From positions 3,008,001 to 3,072,000 of the forward strand of contig OZ253564.1 of the NCBI GenBank assembly GCA_965262915.1: 64,000 nt of DNA, written 5' to 3'. Each line of letters begins with the position of its first letter. Position 1 is the first letter of the stretch. The position numbers and the translations under genes are program-made. Origin of the DNA: Candidatus Spongiisociaceae bacterium. Lineage in GTDB: Bacteria > Actinomycetota > Acidimicrobiia > Spongiisociales > Spongiisociaceae. This document shows, piece by piece, positions 30,054-39,631 of the stretch. The notes below the pieces were generated by a model. That model saw only the letters and a program-made list of their open reading frames with translations. It was not told where the DNA came from and made no database searches.

Positions 30054-30157
30054 GCCGGTCAGGATACGGCAGGTGTGCGACAATCCCGTGCCAAGCGTGA
30101 AGGGGAGGGAATCGCCGGGACGCTATGCCACCCACCGGCCAGGTACACTGCGCGCTC

Positions 30158-30370
30158 ATGCAAGGCGTGGTCAAACTCTACGATCCGAACACCGGGGCCG
30201 GGGTGGTCGTGCTCGAGCGGGACCGGAGCGAGGTATACCTCCGGGCCGGCTCTCTAGCAGGCAGCGTGTTCCGCCTGCTCCGCCAGGGCCAGCGAATCAT
30301 CTTCGAAATCGAGGAGGTCGACGGGCGACGCTTCGTGCATTCGGTCCGGATGGGGTCGGACGGTAGGTGA
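30158..30370 (+). CDS. Cold-shock-domain-like protein
   Basis: MQGVVKLYDPNTGAG...RLLRQGQRIIFE resembles actinobacterial CSD-like proteins. Confidence 0.7.
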   Translation: MQGVVKLYDPNTGAGVVVLERDRSEVYLRAGSLAGSVFRLLRQGQRIIFEIEEVDGRRFVHSVRMGSDGR

Positions 30371-30433
30371 CCGGAGCCAAAGTGTCCCATCGATAACCGC
30401 TATAGTTCATCGAACCGGAGGGAGAGGAGCCCC

Positions 30434-30667
30434 GTGGTCGAGGCATACGTGCTCATACAGACGGAAGTAGGCAAGGCCAAGGTGGTGGTGGACGAGGTCC
30501 GCTTGATCGAAGGCATCACGTCCGCCGACGATGTGACCGGACCCTACGATGTCATCGTGCGGGCGGAAGCCGGCGATGTCGATCAACTGGGCCGCTTGGT
30601 GGTCGCGAAGATCCAGGCGATCAGCGGCATCACACGTACCCTCACCTGCCCGATCGTCCACCTCTAA
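30434..30667 (+). CDS. Lrp/AsnC ligand-binding-domain protein
   Basis: AYVLIQTEVGK, VTGPYDVIV and GITRTLTC motifs; good RBS. Confidence 0.88.
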   Translation: MVEAYVLIQTEVGKAKVVVDEVRLIEGITSADDVTGPYDVIVRAEAGDVDQLGRLVVAKIQAISGITRTLTCPIVHL

Positions 30668-30817
30668 CCTCACATCCTGTCACCCGAGTGTCGGCAGGAT
30701 CCCATTGCCACAGCGCGTACCTGCGCAGGCGACCCCGTTTCTTCGATTGACGACTCGTTCCGGGTGATCCGCTCAGGTCACCGCATTCCTGCTGTACGCT
30801 GGCGGTAGCCGAGGCAG

Positions 30818-31045
30818 ATGGGAGTCATGACCGTCCCGATGCCAGGAGAATCATCCGGTTCGGAATCTCCCGAGAATGGCGTGCTCGTAGCCCGGATCCT
30901 CGTGGGTGCGCTCGGAGCTTTCCTGGCAACGTGGTGGGCCATCACCGCCGCGGACGCTCTGGACTGGGGGAGGCGCCGCGAGTCCTTGGCAGGGCTCGGT
31001 ATCGCCCTGATCGGGCTGAGTTTTCTGGTTTGGTCCTTAGCCTGA
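30818..31045 (+). CDS. Small membrane protein (two hydrophobic helices); stop codon supplied by the MITE end
   Basis: Two TM-like segments; TGA at 31043-31045 lies inside CCTGAATCC. Confidence 0.45.
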   Translation: MGVMTVPMPGESSGSESPENGVLVARILVGALGAFLATWWAITAADALDWGRRRESLAGLGIALIGLSFLVWSLA

Positions 31046-31228
31046 ATCCACCGATTCATGTTCCGAAAACCAATCCTGACCAGGGCGATCTCCGGGATCT
31101 ACCACTCACAGGAAGTTGCTCCTCTTCCCAGGACCGAACCATCCTTACCAATAGCTATCGCCGCAGATCAGGAGGCATTTCCACCATATCTCCATGTCCG
31201 CTGCGCGCTCCCCGTCGGTGGATTCAGG
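31041..31228. mobile_element. 188-bp MITE related to the IS1380-family element
   Basis: TIRs CCTGAATCCACCGA / TCGGTGGATTCAGG; CTTAG direct repeats at 31036-31040 and 31229-31233. Confidence 0.9.
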
Positions 31229-31403
31229 CTTAGAGCGTGCGCGGATAGCTAGAAGCGGCCGCCCCCACGGGTAAACTCAACCCGCTTCCCGCTCGGAAAA
31301 GCCCTGGTCATCGCCGTGGACTCGTCAACCCGCGCAGCCACTGTTCCCCCAGGCAAGGAGCTATCCGCGCATCCTCTTAGTTTCAACAACTCGAGTCCAC
31401 CGG

Positions 31404-32054
31404 ATGCAGCCCCTCGGCCGTCGCCGGTGGTTTGTCATTGTGTGGACCGTGGCAGCCGCCATGATGCTCGCCTCCATCATCCGGGTGTGGACGATTCCCG
31501 TTGACGGAGCGAATATAGGCGCCGGTCTCATCGTGATAGGCATACCCGGGATGATCTTGCCCGGGCTGCTCTGTTTGCTTGCAGTCGAATCCAAATGGTT
31601 GCTCCCGAAACCATCCCGTACCCTGCAGTTCGTCGGCCTGTTGCTTGCGTTGGCTACTACATTCCCTTCCCTCCATTGGATATGGCAGTCTTACACGACT
31701 GCGCTACCCATCCCCATTTTCGAAGGGCCGCTATTCCTGGCCCTCGGCAACCCCCTTTGGCTCCTGTTGTCCGACATACTGCTACTCTTCTTGGGACCCG
31801 TATCGGGAGCCTTCTATGGAGAACAACTCGGTGACATAGTCCTTTGGACATTTCCGGCTATTTCGGCCTTGGTACTGGCCGTAACCGGACCGATGGTCGT
31901 CGCCTCACGTCTGCGAGATGGCTACTTCGTGACAACGGTTTCCGCCGTAACGATATGGCTGATCCTCGCATCCAGAGGACTGGGCTCAACATGGTTGGTT
32001 TTGATCGGGATGCTTCTGGCCGTGACGGCCCGGGCTCGCGTGAAAGTTCTGTAA
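31404..32054 (+). CDS. Hypothetical multi-pass membrane protein
   Basis: About six hydrophobic segments; visibly lower GC than its neighbours; no family recognised. Confidence 0.55.
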   Translation: MQPLGRRRWFVIVWTVAAAMMLASIIRVWTIPVDGANIGAGLIVIGIPGMILPGLLCLLAVESKWLLPKPSRTLQFVGLLLALATTFPSLHWIWQSYTTALPIPIFEGPLFLALGNPLWLLLSDILLLFLGPVSGAFYGEQLGDIVLWTFPAISALVLAVTGPMVVASRLRDGYFVTTVSAVTIWLILASRGLGSTWLVLIGMLLAVTARARVKVL

Positions 32055-32085
32055 CAGGTCCGATCGTCGGGAGAGCTTGGGGGAG

Positions 32086-33162
32086 TCAGCCGAGCTTGGC
32101 GGCGATCGAAGCGGCGCTCTGTAGGGCAACCCCGTCGGCCCCCGCTGTGGAGAACACCCGAGCCTTCGATCCCTCCATCTCGCCCACGAGGTCCACGACG
32201 ATCCGTTGGCGGCTGATAGGTGGATCTACCCACAGGTAGAGCGACAGGCTGCCGGGGATGGTGTTTATCTCGTTGACCCACAGATCACCGTCACGCTCCA
32301 GGAAGTCGAGGCGGGCAATCGACCGGATGCCGGCCAGTTCGGTGACGGTACGGGCCAGCGACCGGATACGAGCCTCCAGTGCTTCGGGAAGTGACGCCGG
32401 GAGCTCCCGTGCGGATCCTTCGATGCCACCCCCGGACAGGTACTTCTCGCGGTAGCCATAGAACTTCTCGCTCGCCGGCGCCTCGATAGCGGACAGTTGG
32501 AACTCCGGATAGGTGCGGATAGCGATGTTCAGGTCCCGGCCACCGCCCAGATACGGTTCGATGACCGCCCCCCTATCCATGTGGGGCGAGGAGCGGAGCA
32601 ACGCCAGAGCGGTGTCGTAGTCGTCCACCACCTCGATACCGATGGAGGAGCCCCCGAAACGGGGCTTCACGATGTAGGGAGGAGGGAAGTCGGGTTCGGC
32701 ATCGGCGGTCACCAGCCGACGCGGCAGGCTCGGCAGGCCGGCAGCCAGCACCAGGGCGCCGAAGGCCAACTTGTCCATGGCGACAGCCGACGCGGCCGCA
32801 TCCGGGCCCGAGTAGCGGATCCCGACGATGTCGAGTGCCCCCTGCAGGGTTCCGTCCTCCCCCGGCCCCCCGTGGCAGCAGATCAATGCGGTGTCGACCT
32901 CCAGCCGTCGGCGTTTGACCATCCATCCCGCCCCTGGCTCGGCCACTAAACGCAGATCCCTCGACTTGGGCGGCGGTCCGGTGGCGTAGTCGGATGCCTC
33001 ACCCGTCGGATCGACCCTGTACCAGCGGCCCACCTTCGACCAGTAGATCGCGATCGGATCCCGCCCGGCCTCGGCGAGCAGGCGAGCGGCCTGCAATCCG
33101 GTCAGGACGCTGATGTCGTGCTCGGGCGATGGACCACCGAACACCACCCCCGGATGGCTCAT
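32086..33162 (-). CDS. D-alanine--D-alanine ligase-family ATP-grasp enzyme
   Basis: FGGPSPEHDIS, HGGPGEDG, VKPRFGGSSIG and NEINTIPG motifs. Confidence 0.85.
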   Translation of the reverse strand: MSHPGVVFGGPSPEHDISVLTGLQAARLLAEAGRDPIAIYWSKVGRWYRVDPTGEASDYATGPPPKSRDLRLVAEPGAGWMVKRRRLEVDTALICCHGGPGEDGTLQGALDIVGIRYSGPDAAASAVAMDKLAFGALVLAAGLPSLPRRLVTADAEPDFPPPYIVKPRFGGSSIGIEVVDDYDTALALLRSSPHMDRGAVIEPYLGGGRDLNIAIRTYPEFQLSAIEAPASEKFYGYREKYLSGGGIEGSARELPASLPEALEARIRSLARTVTELAGIRSIARLDFLERDGDLWVNEINTIPGSLSLYLWVDPPISRQRIVVDLVGEMEGSKARVFSTAGADGVALQSAASIAAKLG

Positions 33163-33226
33163 CCCTCTCCTCCAGGCATCTCGGAATCCCGTGTAGACAC
33201 CGGCACTTCGGTATGCGACCAAGGCT

Positions 33227-33461
33227 AGTGGTCTGTCTGTGAAATGGCGTCGTGCCGTGCAAGCAGGGCACGGCAAGTTGTCTTGCTGGCGGACTACTGT
33301 GGTCTGTCTGTGAAATGGCGTTGTGGCATGCGCCGGCAGCGGCGTTCCTCGCAAGGCCGGCCGACGAAGGCGTACCGGGAGCGTACGTTGAGGAGGCCGA
33401 ACGCAGCGAGGGGCGTCGATGGCAAGCAGGGCACGGCAAGTTGTTTTGCAGACAGACCACT
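33227..33461. repeat. Tandem pair of MITE-like elements (short deleted copy 33227-33297, full copy 33299-33461)
   Basis: GTGGTCTGTCTGTGAAATGGCGT and GCAAGCAGGGCACGGCAAGTTGT each occur twice; terminal inverted repeat AGTGGTCTGTCTG / CAGACAGACCACT. Confidence 0.8.
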
Positions 33462-33534
33462 GGGCGGCCCGAGGCGGTCCTCCGTTGATCTTCGCAGTCC
33501 CCGGGCGGCGGAGGGCCGGGCCGGCGCCGGGGGG

Positions 33535-35088
33535 TTACGGGTAGTGGTCCGGCAGGTCGTTCTCGTAGAGGACCACATCGCCGGGTCCGAGACGGCAGCG
33601 GACCCACTCGACGGCCTCATCCCGGGTGTCTACCAACGTCACCGTAGCCTTGCCGTCCCGGGCTCCCTCGACCATCGAGCGGCGGTTGGTCCGGCCCACG
33701 ATGACGAGGTCGTCGGCGACGTCCGCAGCCGCAGCCGCGAACCGGGCGTTGTGGCTCCGCTGCAGCGGCCCGAGTTCGACCATCCCGGGGGTGACCACCA
33801 CCCGGCGCGCCCGTTCCCCGCCGTTGACCGCCAGGACCTCGACAGCCCTGGCGGCGCCCGTAGGATTGGAGTTGAAAGTGTCGTCGATGATCGTGAACCC
33901 CTTGGTGGATCGCCCGATCGACTGGCGGTGCTCCGTCTGGGTGATCCTGTCGCTCCGCCTGGAGATATCTGCGGGTGCGACACCTACTTCGAGAGCCACC
34001 GCCACCGCGCATGCCAGATTGGCCCCGAACACCTTGGTGGCCGGTACCGCACCGATCCGCTCACCCCGCGCCAGGATGGCGACCTCGTCCCCTTCTGTGC
34101 GGACCCGGACATCGGTAGCTGCCTCCGTCGAACCGCATCGCCAGATCCTTGGACCGTCACCACCTGATGCCACACTTCCGGCCAGGGTCGCCAGAAGGGG
34201 ATGATCGACGTTGAGTACCACCACGTCCGCGCCTGCGACTATCTCGGATTTGGCCTCGAGGATTCGTTGCTCGGTCTTGAACCGCTGCAGATGGACCGGT
34301 CCGATGGCAGTCAGCACTGCTATCGATGGGGGCAACCACGAGCACATCTCGGCGATCTCGCCGCGCCCGTAGGTGCCCATCTCGGCTATGAAGACCTCGG
34401 CGTCGGGCGTGAGGTGCTCGTTCACCGCCCGCGCCAGCCCCAAGCGGTTGTTGAAGCTCGCCGGACTGGCGACCACTCGCCTCGTACCTTCCACGAGATC
34501 GCACACGTACCACTTGGTCGATGTCTTCCCGTAGCTGCCGGTGATGCCCACGACCATCGGAGCGACGCGTTCGAGGGTACGGGACGCCTGGTCGACAAAC
34601 CTCTGTGACAGGCGCTTCTCCAGGGGGCCGGCGATCCAGAGCGCTACGTCCAGCGCGAAGTAGAACAGTACGGTGCCGACGATGGTGGCGGTGCCCTGCG
34701 GCGTACGACCGGTTACCGACAGGACGAGCCACGTCACCAGCGCTGTGGCGCCGAACAGGACCCCCGCCGAGAGGGCTGCCATCCGTTTGAGGCGGGTCGT
34801 CCAGACCAGTGAGGATGTCCGGCCTCGGAGGGTCAGTCCGAGCGGGAACACCGCCAGCGCCGCCGAGCCGAGCAGGGGCCAGAAGGAGTCGGGCCGGATG
34901 ACCCACCCGACCGCGGCCGCTACCACCAGTACGGGCTCGGCCATGTTCAACACCCTGCTCCCGAGCCAGATCCGCCGGATCCCGCCCACCGAGCGGGCCA
35001 GGTAGTGCTCGCGCTGGGCGACCCGCAGCCACTTGATGCCCGCTACCGCCACTGCTGCGGCGCCCAGTACCGGCATCACCCAGGTCAC
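33535..35088 (-). CDS. MurF-like Mur ligase with N-terminal membrane domain
   Basis: GITGSYGKTSTK, SFNN, EMG, DDTFNSNP, TPGMVELG and ENDLPDHY motifs; about four N-terminal TM helices. Confidence 0.85.
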   Translation of the reverse strand: MTWVMPVLGAAAVAVAGIKWLRVAQREHYLARSVGGIRRIWLGSRVLNMAEPVLVVAAAVGWVIRPDSFWPLLGSAALAVFPLGLTLRGRTSSLVWTTRLKRMAALSAGVLFGATALVTWLVLSVTGRTPQGTATIVGTVLFYFALDVALWIAGPLEKRLSQRFVDQASRTLERVAPMVVGITGSYGKTSTKWYVCDLVEGTRRVVASPASFNNRLGLARAVNEHLTPDAEVFIAEMGTYGRGEIAEMCSWLPPSIAVLTAIGPVHLQRFKTEQRILEAKSEIVAGADVVVLNVDHPLLATLAGSVASGGDGPRIWRCGSTEAATDVRVRTEGDEVAILARGERIGAVPATKVFGANLACAVAVALEVGVAPADISRRSDRITQTEHRQSIGRSTKGFTIIDDTFNSNPTGAARAVEVLAVNGGERARRVVVTPGMVELGPLQRSHNARFAAAAADVADDLVIVGRTNRRSMVEGARDGKATVTLVDTRDEAVEWVRCRLGPGDVVLYENDLPDHYP

Positions 35089-35819
35089 AGGAGCCCCTCG
35101 ATGGCCGAACGGATCCGGTCGGGCGCTTCGCGCGGGACATCATGACCGCAATGTCCCACGACATCCACCTCTACCTCGGCCAGTAACCGGGCGGAGCGGT
35201 GAGCCACCTCCGGGGGGACTTCCTGATCGTCCACACCCCAAACCATCCGGACGGGGCAGGTCACACGGGCCAGTTCGCGTTCGTAGGTCTCGTTGACCAC
35301 CTTGACCAGGATGTCACGCATCACGCCAGAGGCTGCCTTGTAGTCGGCCGATCCCCGCTTGCGCTTCTCCCGTTCGAGGATCTCGTCGCTTATCAACCCC
35401 ATCCGGTGGCCCCACCGCACCAACCGGTAGGCGAGCGGCGGTTTTCGCACGGGCTGGTCGGCACGCCGCAGGAGTGGAACGCCCGCGAGGACCAGCCCCG
35501 CAACCAGTTCCGGCCTGGATGCGGCCAGCACCGTACCCACCCGGCCACCGAACGAGTGTCCCACCACGACCGGACGAACGGCGAGTTCCCGCACCAACTC
35601 CGCAACCACGTCCGCATACCCGGCGGCCCCGACGACCTCGGCAGGAGGCGGGCTCGCTCCGAATCCGGGAAGGTCGACCGATACAGCGTCGAGTCCATCC
35701 AACACCTTCGCGAAGTCACGCCGATCCCTCCCCCATCCGTGCAACGCAACGACCCTCGGGTCCCCCGAGCCGTAACGATCCGCAAACAGCCGTCCGCCGG
35801 CATAGTTCGTCAAGGGCAT
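35085..35819 (-). CDS. Alpha/beta-fold hydrolase
   Basis: LHGWG, DLPGFG and GHSFGG motifs; C-terminal GH. Confidence 0.88.
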   Translation of the reverse strand: MPLTNYAGGRLFADRYGSGDPRVVALHGWGRDRRDFAKVLDGLDAVSVDLPGFGASPPPAEVVGAAGYADVVAELVRELAVRPVVVGHSFGGRVGTVLAASRPELVAGLVLAGVPLLRRADQPVRKPPLAYRLVRWGHRMGLISDEILEREKRKRGSADYKAASGVMRDILVKVVNETYERELARVTCPVRMVWGVDDQEVPPEVAHRSARLLAEVEVDVVGHCGHDVPREAPDRIRSAIEGLL

Positions 35820-35977
35820 GGATCGCTCCTCTCTGCCGATCGGTCCCGTACAAGTTTCTCGATGGAGATGGCCCCCGACATCGGGGACGCAGCCGACGAG
35901 CACGGCGGTGTCGGTACTTTACGGCGGTCCTACCGGAAGAAAGGGCGAGGGCGGCTCGGAGGTGGGTGGTCAGCCCC

Positions 35978-36769
35978 CTACTCGGGGGACCGGTCGGAGG
36001 TGGCGATGGCGTGGAAGCCGCCGTCGACGTGGATCACCTCCCCGGTCACCTTGGTGGAGAAATCCGACAGCATGACGCAGATCATGTTGGCTACCGGGGT
36101 GGGGTCGGTGGTGTCCCAGGTGAGGGGGGCCCGTTCGTCCCACACATCCTGGAAGCGGGAGAACCCGGCGATGCCCTTGGCGGCCACGGTTGACAACGGG
36201 CCGGCGGAGACGGCGTTGACCCGGACGTTGTGGGGTCCCAGGTCACGGGCCAGGTAGCGGGTCACCGAGGCCAGAGCCGCCTTGCAGACGCCCATCCAGT
36301 CGTAGACCGGCCAGGCCTGGGTGCTGTTGTCGAAGTCGAGGGTGACCAGCGACCCGCCGCCGGCCTCCCGGAACAAGGGGAGCAGGCCGACGGCCAGAGT
36401 CTTGTAGGAGAAGGTCGAGGTGGTGAAAGCCAGCGCGGCGCTCTCCGAAGGCGTAGTCAGGAAGTTGCCACCCAGAGCGTCCTCGGGGGCGTAGGCGATG
36501 GCGTGGACCGCGCCGTCCAGACTGCCCCATCGTCCGGTCAGTTCGGCCACCAACTGCTCCATGTGGGCCGCGTCGTTGATGTCGAGCTCGAACACGTCGG
36601 GGGGGTCAGGCAAGCGCCGGGCGGACCTCTCGGTGAGGCGCATCCCCCGCCCGAATCCGGTCAGGACTATCTGGGCGCCCTGTTCCTGGGCGACCTTGGC
36701 CGTGTGCCAGGCGATGGAGCCGTGGGTGAGCACGCCGGTTATCAGCAGTCGTTTACCTGTCAGCAGCAT
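35978..36769 (-). CDS. fabI: Enoyl-ACP reductase (FabI/InhA)
   Basis: SIAW, YDWMGVCKAAL and GEVIHVDGGFHA motifs. Confidence 0.93.
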   Translation of the reverse strand: MLLTGKRLLITGVLTHGSIAWHTAKVAQEQGAQIVLTGFGRGMRLTERSARRLPDPPDVFELDINDAAHMEQLVAELTGRWGSLDGAVHAIAYAPEDALGGNFLTTPSESAALAFTTSTFSYKTLAVGLLPLFREAGGGSLVTLDFDNSTQAWPVYDWMGVCKAALASVTRYLARDLGPHNVRVNAVSAGPLSTVAAKGIAGFSRFQDVWDERAPLTWDTTDPTPVANMICVMLSDFSTKVTGEVIHVDGGFHAIATSDRSPE

Positions 36770-36809
36770 GGCACTCCTCCCCCGCCCGGGTGTAGGGCTC
36801 CGGTCCTGG

Positions 36810-36908
36810 GAGAGTGCTGAGAAACCCTCCGTTGGCCCGACGGCCGATGGAAATCTACTTGTTCAGCGGACGGCGGGCCAACTGCTACCACCGTTTCTCA
36901 GCATTCTG
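36810..36908. repeat. About 99-bp nested-palindrome intergenic repeat, copy 1
   Basis: AGAGTGCTGAGAAAC...GTTTCTCAGCATTCT outer stem; core GGCCCGACGGCCGATG...TGTTCAG...CGGGCC similar to 60716-60814. Confidence 0.75.
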
Positions 36909-36935
36909 CCAGAGACCGGCCCGGTTCCCGGTGGC

Positions 36936-38897
36936 TCACTCCTCGTCGCCGGGGGCCGCGGCCGCCTTCTCGGCGATCTCGGCCACGATGTCGGCGTTGG
37001 CGAGGGTGGTGACATCGCCCAGTTTCCGCTGCTCGGAGATGTCGCGTAGCAGGCGGCGCATGATCTTCCCCGACCGGGTCTTGGGCACGTCCGCGGTGAA
37101 CACGATGCTCTTGGGCTTGGCGATGGGCCCGATGACCTTCGCCACATGGTTCCGCAGGGTGGTGATCAGCGCGCTGTCACCCTCGAAGTCGCCCCGCAGG
37201 CTCACGAAGGCCGCGATCGCCTGACCGGTGATCGGGTCGGTGCGGCCCACCACGGCCGCTTCCGCCACCGACGGGTGGGAGACCAGGGCCGACTCGACCT
37301 CCATCGTCGAGATGTTGTGTCCAGACACCAGCATCACGTCGTCGACCCGGCCCAGCAACCACAGGTAGCCGTCGTCGTCGAGCTTGGCGCCGTCGCCCGG
37401 GAAGTAGAGGCCCTCGAAGCGGGACCAGTAGGTGTCGACGTACCGCTGATCGTCGCCCCAGATGGAACGCAGCATCGACGGCCACGAGTTGCGGATCACC
37501 AGGTAGCCGCCCCCTCCCCTGCCGACCGAGGCGCCTTCCTCGTCCAACACGTCGGCGATGATTCCCGGCATGGTGGTGGTCGCGCTACCGGGCTTGGTCG
37601 TGGTGATGCCCGGCAGCGGCGAGATCATGATCGAACCGGTCTCGGTCTGCCACCATGTGTCCACCACCGGAGAAGAACCGCCGCCGATGTGCTCGTGATA
37701 CCACATCCACGCTTCCGGGTTGATGGGTTCTCCCACCGTGCCCAGCAGGCGTATGGAGGAAAGATCGTGACGCTGCGGGTACTCCTCGCCCCACTTCATG
37801 AACATCCGGATGGCGGTGGGAGCCGTGTAGAGCTGGGTCACCCCGTACTTGGCGATGATCGACCAGAGACGGTCCTTGTCGGGGTACGCGGGCGTCCCCT
37901 CGTACATGACCGAGGTGGTCTGGTTGGCCAGAGGGCCGTAGACGATGTAGGTATGCCCGGTCACCCACCCGATATCGGCCGCGCACCAGTAGATGTCGTG
38001 GTCGGGCTTGATGTCGAACACGTAGCTGTGGGTGGTGGTGGCGCCCACCAGGTAGCCGCCGGTGGTGTGCATGATCCCCTTGGGCTTGCCGGTGGTACCC
38101 GACGTGTAGAGGATGTAGAGCAGGTCTTCGGCGTTCATCACCTCGGGTGGGCAGTCAGCCGCCTGGCCTTCCACCAGGTCGTGCCACCAGATGTCGCGCC
38201 CCGGTGTCATCGCTACGTCGTTGCCGGTGCGAGCCACCACGATGCAGTTGCGGATCAGGTCGGTGCGTTCCATCGCCTGGTCGGCCGCTCCCTTGAGGTC
38301 GATCACGCCTCCGCCCCGCCAGGCCCCGTCGCAGGTGATGAGTACCTCGACTCCGGCATCCTCCACCCGGTCGACGATGGCTTCCGAGGAGAATCCTCCG
38401 AAGATGACGCTGTGGGCTGCGCCGATACGGGCGCAGGCCAGCATGGCGATGGCCAGTTCGGGAACCATGCCCATGTACATGGCGATGCGGTCGCCCTTCT
38501 GCACGCCGATGGAGCGGAGCCCGTTGGCGAAACGGCACACCTCTTCGTAGAGGTCGCGGTAGGTGAGCACCCGCTCGTCCCCCGGCTCGCCCTCCCAGTA
38601 GTAGGCCACCTTGTCACCGCGGCCCGCCTCGATGTGGCGGTCCAGGCAGTTGTAGGCGATGTTGAGCTCGCCGTCGGAGAACCACTTGAAGAAGGGCGGA
38701 TTGGAGTCGTCCAGCATCACCGAGGGCTCCTTGAACCAGGTGACGCGGTTGCGTGCCTGGGCCTCCCAGTACGCCACCGGGTCTACCCCCGCCTCCTCGT
38801 GCAGGCCGGGCTGGGCGTTGGCCTGGGAGGTGAAGTCGGAGGATGGCGGGAACGTACGGTCTTCTTGCAACAGGCTTTCGATGGTGCGCTCGGCCAC
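36936..38897 (-). CDS. acs: Acetyl-CoA synthetase
   Basis: YTSGTTGKPKG, DTWWQTETG and PKTRSGKIMRR motifs. Confidence 0.96.
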   Translation of the reverse strand: MAERTIESLLQEDRTFPPSSDFTSQANAQPGLHEEAGVDPVAYWEAQARNRVTWFKEPSVMLDDSNPPFFKWFSDGELNIAYNCLDRHIEAGRGDKVAYYWEGEPGDERVLTYRDLYEEVCRFANGLRSIGVQKGDRIAMYMGMVPELAIAMLACARIGAAHSVIFGGFSSEAIVDRVEDAGVEVLITCDGAWRGGGVIDLKGAADQAMERTDLIRNCIVVARTGNDVAMTPGRDIWWHDLVEGQAADCPPEVMNAEDLLYILYTSGTTGKPKGIMHTTGGYLVGATTTHSYVFDIKPDHDIYWCAADIGWVTGHTYIVYGPLANQTTSVMYEGTPAYPDKDRLWSIIAKYGVTQLYTAPTAIRMFMKWGEEYPQRHDLSSIRLLGTVGEPINPEAWMWYHEHIGGGSSPVVDTWWQTETGSIMISPLPGITTTKPGSATTTMPGIIADVLDEEGASVGRGGGGYLVIRNSWPSMLRSIWGDDQRYVDTYWSRFEGLYFPGDGAKLDDDGYLWLLGRVDDVMLVSGHNISTMEVESALVSHPSVAEAAVVGRTDPITGQAIAAFVSLRGDFEGDSALITTLRNHVAKVIGPIAKPKSIVFTADVPKTRSGKIMRRLLRDISEQRKLGDVTTLANADIVAEIAEKAAAAPGDEE

Positions 38898-38994
38898 GTC
38901 TCCTCGCTCCGGATCGGTTGGGTCGGAGGGTACCGGCTCGCGAGGCGGGTTGCGCCGTCTCGTGGGGGTGGCCAGACGGATAGGCAGAGCCGGG

Positions 38995-39342
38995 CTACTG
39001 CCGGTGGTCGCTGCGGCGTACCCTCTTGGACATACCGTGGGGCGCTCTGAGGCAATGGGCGGTCCGGTCGTTGAGTTCTTCCATGAGACGGTTCGTCTCG
39101 ATCGTCTCGTCGAGCTTCTGGTTGGCGGCGCGGATTCGCTGCCTCATCTCCTCGGCGACCTCGTCCACGTACCGGCTCATGGCGGCGTACATCTCCTCCA
39201 TCTCGCGCCTGGAGGCTTCGATCTCCTCTCGGAGTTCGATTGTCACGGCGTCGAGGCGCCGGTTGGTGCGCCACAGGTAGTAGTAGGCGATCCCCTGGAG
39301 CAGGGCAAGGAAAGCGAGCGCGAGGTTCATCGTGAGATCCAT
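38995..39342 (-). CDS. Hypothetical protein, N-terminal TM helix plus coiled coil
   Basis: GGAGG RBS before ATG 39342; hydrophobic N-terminus followed by heptad-rich region. Confidence 0.55.
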   Translation of the reverse strand: MDLTMNLALAFLALLQGIAYYYLWRTNRRLDAVTIELREEIEASRREMEEMYAAMSRYVDEVAEEMRQRIRAANQKLDETIETNRLMEELNDRTAHCLRAPHGMSKRVRRSDHRQ

Positions 39343-39631
39343 ACCTCCGATTGTACGGGTGGAGTTGGGGAGGTTCAAGGGATCCGTTCGGCGGGGACGC
39401 CGGTCCGGCGTAGGCGCTGCACGCTGTCGAGGGTTGCCCGGAGGGCCGCCTTCCGGGAGCGAGACTCGATGTCGATGGGGGCGATCCGGACCGCCCCGAT
39501 GTCTGTGCCCTTCAATATGCACGTTGGCCGGTAAGGTTTCAACCCCCTCTGTTCCTGGAGGACGGATTCTTTTCTCGCGGGCTCGGGAGCCGGTGGATGG
39601 ATGGGTGTCTCCGAACGGCTATGTTGGGAAG

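Noticed and set aside
33227-33461. CRISPR array
   Set aside because: Only two repeat units with terminal inverted repeats, no regular spacers and no cas genes.
37146-39050. Long antisense ORFs (e.g. 634 aa opposite acs, 550 aa at 8415, 457 aa opposite the transposase)
   Set aside because: Shadow ORFs expected from high-GC codon bias; they overlap well-supported genes and have no motifs.
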